Shown here: positions 39,701 to 50,300 of the stretch, piece after piece | How positions within the stretch are numbered: the first letter of the stretch is position 1 | Layout: the number at the start of each line of letters is the position of its first letter | Source: Sphyrna mokarran | Lineage: Eukaryota | Length of the DNA stretch: 64,000 nt | Direction of reading: 5' to 3' | NCBI GenBank assembly: GCA_024679065.1 | Contig: JAGIQG010000043.1 | Span: 2,604,001 to 2,668,000, forward strand | The notes under the pieces: generated by a model | What the model saw: the letters and a program-made list of their open reading frames with translations, nothing else | The model's database searches: none | Told to the model about the DNA's origin: nothing | Translations under genes and position numbers: made by a program

Positions 39701-40210
39701 ACTGGTTGCTCTAAGCTGTGCCAACTTCCAACACTGGTTTGAAGGCAGAAGGATGCTGGGTCAGCGACACTCATAACAACATAAGAAACAGGAGCAGGAG
39801 TAGGCCATCTAGCCCTTCGATCCTGCCCCGCCATTCAATAAGAGCATGGCTGATCTGAGGTGGATCAGTTCCACTTACCGGACTCCCCATAACCCTTAAT
39901 TGCACTCGTTGCATGTGAGAGAATTTGAGAGTGAGCTGGCCTGGTATGTTGGAAAGAGGACAGGATTACGCCATGTTGTGAGAAGTTAACAGGTCCAGGC
40001 ATGCAGTAGTCCAGATGTCCTTCGTGGTTTCCATAGTGCCAGAAGTTCAGAATTCAGATCAGACACAGAGAGGAACCACCACTTTTGACATCTGGCAAAT
40101 GATGTGGAACAAGTTCCCTGCAACATTCCAAGGAGACGATGGAGGTGCAAAAGGAAGGCTTCTCAATCACAAGGAAAAACCCGAGGTCACCCTTTTCACT
40201 CCAATGCCAG
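39701..40210 (+). pseudogene. Decayed V-J-C-start-like relic interrupted by a CR1 3'-end insertion (~39773-39900)
   Basis: KLCQLPTLV*RQKDAGSATL | RC...ELAWY...RSDTERNHHF...GGAKGRLL...KPEVTLFTP, in the expected order but across frames. Confidence 0.33.
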
Positions 40211-40965
40211 CCACAGCTGGCCCCGTTTAGTCAGATACGTCCCCAAGCAAGCCAATTCGCTTGAGAATTAATACTTATCTCCGAACGCACCCTCCGATGC
40301 CTCACCACCAGTTTCTCTCTTGTCAAGAATTATGCCAAACTACACCCAAGTGAATACCACTTGGCCGCTTAATCTGGGGTCGGGTTTGATTCCCAGTTTT
40401 TGTCACTACCTGTGTACGTTCTCCCCATGTCTGCGTGGGTTTTCTCGGGGAGCTCCGCTTCCCTCCCACAATCCGAAGGGCGTATCTATGAGATGTATTG
40501 GCCATGCCAATTTTTCCTTTAGTGCAGCCGACAGGAGTGTGGCAACTCGGGGATTTTTGCTTTAACTTCATTGCAGTGTTAATGTGAGCCTTCCTGTGAC
40601 TAATAAATGAACTTAGTCAACGAACTAAACACTTTCCAGTTAAAGTTTTTGCATCATTATTGGGCTGCCGCCTGCTTCGTGAAGGATTCAAGAGTGACAG
40701 GAAAGGCATTTCTGCTGAATCCCAAGAACCCCCACGCCAGTCAGGAATCCCGAATTTCCGCCCACGCCCCTTTCACCGGAATTCACCCCTGCGGTTTGAC
40801 AAGGGCAGAGAGTGCCCCCGCCCCCACCCATCCACACTGGACAGGCAGAGAAAAGCCACAGGCACAAATCTCATCGGGTTCACATTTGAAATGAAGTAAT
40901 GTTTAATTATAACATAATTATTGGTCAATAGAAATCACTGGTGCAGCGTTATAGTCGAAGAATCA

Positions 40966-40976
40966 TTTATTTTATT
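40966..40976 (-). terminator. Candidate polyadenylation signals (two AATAAA) for the VJ-C1 gene
   Basis: tttatt at 40966 and 40971 on the plus strand, about 330 nt after the stop codon. Confidence 0.45.
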
Positions 40977-41302
40977 TACATAGATGAATTTTCAAATGAA
41001 TAACAATCCTGTCAGTAACAGAAGTTATAGAATCTGTATTGAAGGCTTAGAGAAAAGTTCCTAGTGTCATTTCACACTTGAAAAACCTAAACATAATAGA
41101 ATATCTTTCACAATACTGAAGAAGACACGTTACACATTTCATAAAATGAGCCAGTCTTTCTAATCTGTGGCCTGTATGCGAGGAAAGTTGAACTGTTTGA
41201 CGAGAATGTACTTGCTCCCATGTTGATTTCCACAAGGCGGAGCATGCATTGGTACTTTTAGTCTCCTGTGTCATATACATCATAGACAAAGTGCCCCCAT
41301 TC

Positions 41303-41380
41303 TCATTTCTGTCTCTTCTTTTTTGACCTTTTTTCCAATGCAACCAAATCCAGGGAGGCATAGAGAGGTCCACCCTGAGA
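41303..41380 (-). CDS. Exon 8, terminal exon with ITIM-like motif (SQGGPLYASLDLVALEKRSKKKRQK*)
   Basis: Acceptor tatttcccag|, phase 0. YASL motif and TGA at 41303-41305. Confidence 0.78.
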   Translation of the reverse strand, partial: SQGGPLYASLDLVALEKRSKKKRQK

Positions 41381-44300
41381 CTGGGAAATACATTCAATAG
41401 AAATGATCGACATGGTTAAAACAATGGGAACTTTTTTTCCAAAATTCATTCGAATGCATTTTATTACAAGGGGTTCAATGCACTCACCTGTATTCCACAC
41501 TGCGTTTTCAACTTTGCCTCTGTTTGACGGTGACCTCCTGTGTGTTAAGGGTTAAACTATGAATTGAAATGTCACTTCAACTATACAATCTATAAGTGCA
41601 TCGAAACATCGGGCGCCAATGATCACCAGGATGTCAACAGTTTAATTTAAAGTGTCGCAGTGGGCTAATATTAAAACAGCAAAGTTACTACTGTAAAAAA
41701 TACTCTGGTCGCCAAACACTGGCGCTTGTTTTGCTACACTGCGGAACAATTAAGCATCATCAATACATCTAACCAGCATGTATTTCGGACTGTTGGACGA
41801 AACTGGAGCACACGGAAGAAACCCACACACCCACTCGGGGGAAACATGCAGACTCAGCACAGATAGTGAATCAAGCTGGGAATCGAAGGTGGGTACTTGA
41901 TGTTGCGAGGCAGCAATGCTAACTATGTTGACAGGCTATGATCATTATCACACAGCTACTTATTTTCTTTCCAACACGAGGTATTTTTCACAACTGTTCA
42001 CAGGCAGTTAGATTTAGCCCTGTAGGTGAAGGGGACCAAAAGGTCTGGGGAGAATGCGCTACTAGGCTACTGAGTTGGGTGGTCAAAGAACAAAGAGCAA
42101 CACAGCACAGGAAACAGGCCTTCGGCTCTCCAAGCCTGCGCCGCTCATTGGTCCAACTAGGCCATTCGTTTGATTCCCCTCCATTCCCACCCTGTTCATG
42201 TGGCTATCCAGATAAGTTTTAAACGATCCCACCGTGCCCGCCTCTATCACCTTGCTTGGCAGTGCATTCCAAGCCCATCTGTGTAAAATATGTGCCTCTG
42301 ATATCTGAGTTTCCATGTAGAACAACCCTAGCTGACCAAATCTCTCCTCATAGCTAAGACTCTCCATATCAGGCAACATCCTGGTAAACTTTTTCTGCAC
42401 CCTCTCCAAAGCCTCCACGTCCTTCTCGTATGACATGATCAGCCATGTTCAGAGTGAATGGCAGAGTAGGATCAAAGGACAGGGTGGCCTCTCACTGCTC
42501 CAATTTTTCTTGATCCTGTGCGAAGTTGCCAATGGATGGATGAGGAAAATCTCCCACCAGTACTGATCGCTTGTTGTGCAACAAGTATATCACTACTTGT
42601 ATTAATATTATTCCTTTTTGTGAAAACAGCAGCTACAAGTGTGATTGTTGAACTTGTTGACGTTACAGAGTACACATTGTGGACAGAAATAGCAAGTGTA
42701 CATGTTGCAGCTGACTCAACTAAACAAAGGAAGTGATGTCATTCCCTGGTTCATTCATCGGGCCAATGCTTTGACCAATCAGTCAAACGGCCTCTTTTTT
42801 AACTTTACATCAGGCAATAAAGAAGCAAATAACATATTGACATTCATAGGGAGGACATTTGTGTACAGGGATAGGGACGTTTTGCTGTTATTGTATAGGA
42901 CGTTTCGAGAGAAAAAAATGCGTGCATTTTGGTATCTCTATCTGAGGAAGGATCTCCTTGCTATAAAGGGCGAACAGCGAGGATTTTCCAGTTAATTCCT
43001 AGGATGTTAGTTCTATCATATAAGGAGAGACTAAGTCGGTTAGGATTATAATCACTGGAGTTTAGATGAGTGAGATGGGATCGCAAATAAACTTATACAA
43101 TTCTGAGAAGATCGGAGAGGATAAGTTCAGATTCTTTTTTTGCTATGGTGAGATAGTAGAGAACATGGCGTCAAAGTTGGAAGATATGGGAAAAATCTTG
43201 TAGAACTGAGCTGAGGAGAAATTACTTCATCCAGAGGATGGCGAATGTGTGGAATTCATTGCCACAGAAATTATTTGAGACCAAAAGATTGTCTGATTTC
43301 AGGAAGAAATTGTATATAGCTCTGGGAGCCAAACGCATCAACATCTATTGGGAAAGGTGAGGGGGGGATCGGTCATGATCATAATGAATAGTAAAGCAGG
43401 TTCAAATAGCCGAATGGCTTATTCCACCTTCTAGTTTCTAGGTTTCTACATTAACAAACGCAAGTACATAGCGCAAAATCATCAGTTAACTCCTGCTTTC
43501 TCGATAAAAAGCTGCAACCAAGCACAGTCCACATGCAAAACAGGGGCATTGTCTTCGCAGAAAGAATGTACAATCTTTTCCCATAAATTTGTTATTCTTG
43601 TGTTTGCTGATGAACACAAAGCCAATAGCCCCACTGATATGCTTCCCCCCTCCTGCCCCCCCCCAACTAATACTCAATATTCATCTTTTCTTTCAAACAG
43701 TTCTTCGCAGTTAACTATCATCACGAATCAACTGGTGCATTCTCCGTGAAAACGCCTCTGCCAATCAACTTCCTCCACATTTACTTTTCATTCTGGCATT
43801 TGACCTCCACAGACATGTCAAAGAAGCTTACCTGTTTTTCGTTCCTTACTTCGTTCTTGCTGCCTTCTCCCAATGAAGCGAACGTTGGATGTGGAAAAAG
43901 AACACGATACAAATGTTAGATTTTGGATATCCTATCTCAAGCGCTGTGCATTGTTGAAAGAAGGATTGTCTAGTAATCGTACAGAAATAATGGAAAATAG
44001 AGACACACCAGTGGAATCAGTTTTTTTTTGGGGGGGGGCGTTGAAACAGTTTGACAAAATATAAAATAGGAGATAGAAAGAACAATGATAGTGAGATTTG
44101 CACATGTTTGTCTTACTCACGTTTCATTGTGGGATCCTATGTGTCTGTCTTCTAAAATAGAAGAAGAAATAGTTAGCTAATTAAAATCTATAAGGAGGAA
44201 ATCATATTGGAGAAACGGGTACTAAAATGTCCCAGATGATCATTCATCCTCACCTGATCTGCCTTTTTTACAACTCCAAATGGAAATAAGGATAAACAGT

Positions 44301-47300
44301 AGAATCATTATGATCAGGATAGGAATTCCAATAGAAATCATCTTTGTGCACCATTCTATAGAGATAAAAAAAATAGAAACTTACATCGAACAAATAATTC
44401 TTTTCCAGAGTTCTCTGAAGGGAAAAGTGACCCAATTAAAATACGGATTCACCAAAGCAGGGGTGTGTGGAAAATTAAACACAGCTAGTGGGATGGATAG
44501 AAAAGAATGAACACACAGAACAGAATTGATGACACAACATTTGCTAGTAGAAATGTATTAATTGACAGCGCTATCATTTGTACCATTTTCACAGTGTATC
44601 AATATGTATAAGATCACAAGACCACAAGACATAGGAGAAGGATCTGCTCTGCTATTTAACCGTTGCTGATATTTTTCTCACCCCAATTCTCCATAACCCA
44701 GGATCCTGTTATAGATCACGAAACAATCTATCTGTCTTAAAGACATTCAACGTCCAATATGGCGTCCACAGCCCTCTGCGGGAAAGAGCTCTACAGATTC
44801 ACTACTATCTGACTGAACAAGTCCCTCCTTATCTCTGGTGTAAAGGATGTTGCCTTTAGTCTGAGTTTGTGCCCTCCGCTTTTTTTTTAATTTTTCCCAG
44901 TGATGGAAACATCCTCTCCACCTCCACTCTGTCCAGGCCTCGCAGTTTCCTGTAAGTTTCAATAAGATCCCCAATTGTCCTTCCGAAGTCCAACGAGTAC
45001 AGACTCAGAGTCCACAATCTTTCCCCATTCTCTTCATTCCAGAGATCATTCTTGTGAACCTCCTTTGGACCCTTTCCAAGTCCAGCACTTCCTTCCCTAG
45101 ATACGATGAAAGCATCGTTAAAAATTCTGATTTGTGAACAGATTCAAAGAAGGATAATGCCCAGGAGGAACCTAGTCGGTCATCTTCCCATGGTTTGTTG
45201 ATTGTCACAACTTCAACTGCTCGTTTCCTCCGTAATCGTAAACGCTATTCACCATCAAGTATTAGCCAAATTCTCGTTTTCGGAATTCCTATTGTATCTG
45301 TTCACACCGCCTTTTCTAAACAAATGTTCCAGATCCCGAAACGTCATTGTGCGTAAAAAAATCAGAGTCTTGAGTATAGGAGCTGGGACGTAATGTTACA
45401 ATTGTACAAGACATCGGAAAGGCAACAGTTGATAATTATGTTCGCTCTGATAATATGAATGATATTAACTGGGAATATGCTTAAAAGAAATGTTACTGGG
45501 ACAAGAAGACTTGAATTAAAAGGAACAATTGGATAGGCTGGAATGTTTTTGTGAACGTAAGAGATGACGGGCGACCGTAGAGAAATTTATAAAATCATAG
45601 ATAAGGTGAGAAGCCAATGTCTTTTCCTCAAGTAAGGGGGGGGACCAAAACTAGAGAGGATAGGTTGAAGTGAGAGGGGAAAGATTTAAAACAGACTTGA
45701 AGGGCAACTTTTTGCACACTGAGGATGATGCCTGCATGGAATGAGCTGAGACAGGAGATGGTAGAGCCAGGCACAATTAGAACATTTAGAAGGCATTTGG
45801 ACAAGAACATGGATGCAAACGTTTTAGCGGATATGGGCCAAACGCTGGCAAATGGGATCATTTCAGATTAGGAAGTCTGGTCGACATGGAGGAGGTGAGC
45901 TTAAGGGCCTGTTTCGGTGATGTATATCTCTATGACTCGAGGGCTTTTTGTACCAATCATCTTCAGTCTCTGCCCTTCCCCCCAACCCCCACCCCTTCCT
46001 CGGTTACTGACATTACTCAGGTTGTGGAAATGCCACCGTTGCACGGAGGTAAACACAGTAAGAAGTCTCACAGCACAAGAATAAAGTCTAACAGGTTTAT
46101 TTGGTACTAAAAGCCATTGGCTTTTGTGGTTTGCCCCTTCGTGACTGGGAGTTCTAATCACAAACGGTGCATATAAAAGCACACACACAGTTCACAGGAT
46201 ACTGACGAAGGGGCAAACGCTGAAAGCTAGTGGCTTTTACTATCAAATAAACATTTTGGATTTTAAGTTGGTGTTGCTGAGACTTCTTATTGACTTTACT
46301 GTCAGTGGATTTTGTTTTACTAATCAAATGCTCTCGAGTTTGGAACTTTGATTATATATTTTTTTTAACCTTGACTGCTTGATGGAGTACAAGCCCAGCT
46401 CTTCCCTTCGCTCCCCGTTAACTGAATTCGCTCACTCCTTCCTGATATTTCTCCTTTACATCTCCTTCAAGCTTTTAATATTCTTCCCAAAAGTTGGTTC
46501 TCAGAATTGAAGACCATGCTATACACGTGTCCAACCAGTGATTCAAATAGATTTAAATAAATTTTCTAGGTTTATTTCTCAATTTTAAAAGTTCAGGGTT
46601 CATGTACAGACCCTTCAGCAGCCCCCGTGGGTTTATCCTTCCATTCCCCAAGGTTTATGGAATTTCAGAATGATTACAGCGGACAGGCAAACAATTTACC
46701 CAATACTGGAAAGACAGAGGACGACGAGCGACCTGATAGAAGTCTATAAAATTATAAGAGGCGTAGCTAAGTGAAGAGTTGGTAGCTAATGTGAAGAGTT
46801 GGTAGCTTCTCACCGGGACAATTACAAGGGGGCAAAAGTTCTTGGTAAAAGCGAAACGTTCAGTATAGCTGTGCGAGGGAAGTTCTTTACACAGAGGAAG
46901 GCAGGGGCCTGGAATGCACTGCAAAGGCTTATTGAATAGACACACGGATGGGCAGATGAGTGCAGATGGTTGGACTAGATAGGTCACCGTGAGTGGTGCA
47001 GGCCTAGTAGGCCAAAAGTTCTACTACTGTGCTGTACTGTTCTTTGTTCTTTGATAATCTGCATTACATTTCTGAAAGGACAACTCAGTCACATTCTATC
47101 ATTCTCCTCGACCTCGTTTGTTTTTTTTAAACAATTTAATTTATTCTCCAATTCGGTTTGGGCAGCCTCGAGTAATTGGGCCTCCAGTACAGTTCCGGAT
47201 ACTGCATCTCACATCCATTCTCCCCTCTCTACTTGCGTCTGCTCTGGATGCTCTGGTTTCTTCCCATAATCCAAAAATGAGCAGGTTTGTTGGGTTAGCG

Positions 47301-50300
47301 AAAGCAAATTGCCCCTTAGCTGTCCAAAATGTGCAGATAAATTGGATTTGCTGTGCTAAATTGTGCCTCAGTGCTCCAAGATGTATAGGTTGGGGGATTA
47401 GCGGTGTAAATGTGTTAGGTTACAAGGATAGGGCATGGGTAAAATGCTCTGTTAGAGAGTCGTTGGAGACTTGATCACTTAAATGTCCCTGTTCTGCACT
47501 GTACGACTGCATGATTTGCCTAGATTCACGGCCAGACAATTAGTCGCCGTATGAGGGATGTGTTCGACTGTTTTCCAATAGCCTAAATTCTATATTTGCT
47601 CTTAAAACATATACAATACCGGCACTGGGGCAGGCATATCCCATTAAGGTCATCAAGCCTACTTCCATACGATTATTGGGCGGCACGGTGGCATGCTGGA
47701 GTTAGCATTGCTGCCTCATATCACTAGGGGCTCGGGTTCAATTCCCGGTCATTGTCAGTATGGAGTTTGCACATTCTCCCCATGTCTGCATGGATTTCTC
47801 CCCGTGGTCTGATTTCCAAAGATGTGCAGGTTAGATGAATTGGCAGTGCTAAATTGTTCCTTAGTGTCGGAGATCTAGCTAGTGTAAATTCATGAAGTTA
47901 TGGGGATTAGGCCTGGGTAGGATTATTGTTGCGCAGACTCGATTGCTCGAATGGCCTCCTTCTGCACTCTATGCAGTCTATGGCTGATTAATAATGTTGT
48001 ACAAAGTTACTGACATCAGGATGCTAAATTTAAATTTATATTATGTGTGAGGCGGTATTTGTAAATTGATCAAAAGGGAGCAAAGCGAGATAAATTAATT
48101 CACTGCCCTCCAGAGCAAAATGTCAATTTCACCTCTTATCTACTGTCTGTTTCTAAGGTGCCTGCAGTGTAGAACTGATCTTATCTCTATTAGGACATAA
48201 TACCAAATAAATAGGAGCAGGAATAGTCAATCTGGCTCCTCAAGCCTTTTCTGTCATTCAATAAGATGATGGCTGATCTTTTTGTGGACTCAGCTCCACT
48301 TACCCGCCTGCTGACCAAAACCCTTAATTCCTTTACGGTTCAAAAATCTATCTGCCCTTGCCTTAAAAACATTCAATGCAGTAGCCTCAACTGCTTCACT
48401 GGGCAGAGAATTCCACAGATTCACAACCCTTTGTGTAAAGACGTTCCTCCTCAATTCAGACTTAAAACTGCTTCCCCTTATTTTGAGGCTGTGCCCCCTA
48501 GTTCTAGTTTCATCCGCCAGTGGAAACACGTTCCCTGCTTCTACCGTATCTATTCCGTTCAGACTCTTATACGTTTCTATAAGATCTCACCTCATTTTTC
48601 TGAATTCCAATGAGTAAAGCCCAGTCAACTCAGTTTCTCTTCGTAAGTCAACCTTTTTCAACTCCACAATCAACTTAGTGAATCTCCTCTGCACTCCCTC
48701 CCCAATGCAAGTATGTTTTTTTTTCTCAAGTAAGGAAACCAAAACTGTACACAGGTGTGGCCTCACCAGCAATTTGTACATCTGTAACATAATCTCGTTG
48801 TTTTTAAAATCCATCCCTCGAAAATGAAGGACAAAATTCTATTTGCCTTCTTAATTATTTACTGCACTTGCAAACCAACTTCTTGAGATTCCTGCACAAG
48901 GTGGGTGCCAACTTTGTTTATCCTTAGCCCCAATAACTTCTCCAACACTGCCTCCTTCGTGATACTGATAGTTTCTAGGTTCTCACCTGCTATAACTTTC
49001 CTGTCACCAAATTTTGGCATGTTACTTGTATTCTCCACTGTGGAAACTGGCACGAAATACCCGTTCAATGCCTCAGCCATTATTTCATTCCCAGTTATTA
49101 CATTCCCCTTCTCATCCTCTAAAGGAGCAATGTTTTCGTTTAGCACTCGTTTTCGATTTACATATTTGTAGAAAATTTTGCTATCGGTTTTTTTTATATT
49201 TTGAGCTAGTCCATAATCCATCTTATCTTTTATATAACGTTTTCTCGTGGCTTTCTGCTGACTTTTAATTTTTTCCCAATCCTCTAAGCCCCGACTAATC
49301 TTTTCGGCTTCTATGCATTTCACTTCAATTTGATACCCTCCTTTATTTCCTTATGCATCCATGGTGGAGTACCTTTTTTTTCCCCAGTACTTTCTTATCA
49401 TTACTATATACTTATGCGGAACACTGTGAACGATCGCTTTGAAGATCCTCCACTGTTTTTCAAGTGTCTCACCATAATGTTTTTGCTCGCAGTCTACGTT
49501 ACCCAACTCCTCCCTCATCCCTTTATAGTCTCCTTCGTTTAAGCACAAGACACTGGTATTGGGTTTTACCTTTGCACGCTCCATCCTAATTTTAAATTCA
49601 ACCATACTGTGACCGCTTCTTCCAATAGAATCCCATAACTGCAAGATAATTAAATATTCCTGTCTCATTGTATAGGACGAGATCTAGAACAGCTTGCTCC
49701 CCTGTCGGTTCCATTATATACTGTTCAAGGACGCTATCATGCATGCATTCTATGAACTCCTCCTCAAGGCTGCCTTGACCGACTTAGTTTGACCAATTGA
49801 TATGTGATTAAAATCCCCCATGATAATTGCCGTAACATTTTTACATGCCTCAGTTTTTTTTTCTTTGTTTATTTTTCGTCCCACCATGATGTCATATTTG
49901 ATGGCCTATAGATACGCCTTTCAGTGACATTTTTCTCCTTCTATTTCTAATTTCCACCCAAACGGATATAACTTTTCTTTTGTCTCATAGAACATATACC
50001 ATCTCTCACTAGCGCATCCTTAAACTTCAGAGCTACGCCACCTCCCGTAACTCCCTCCGAATAGTTTGACATCCTTGGATATTCAACTCCCAGTCATGAC
50101 CATCTTGCAACCATGTTTCTGTAATTGTCACCAAATCATAATTGTTTGCAATGATTCGTTCTGTCAGTTCATTTACCTTGTTTCAAATGTTATGGCCATT
50201 CAGATAACGTGCGCTTATGCTATTTTTGTGTCTTCTTTTTGAATTCTAAAACTTTCATTAATAACATCTCGAGTGTTCTCTTTCTTTTTAACTTTATTTT

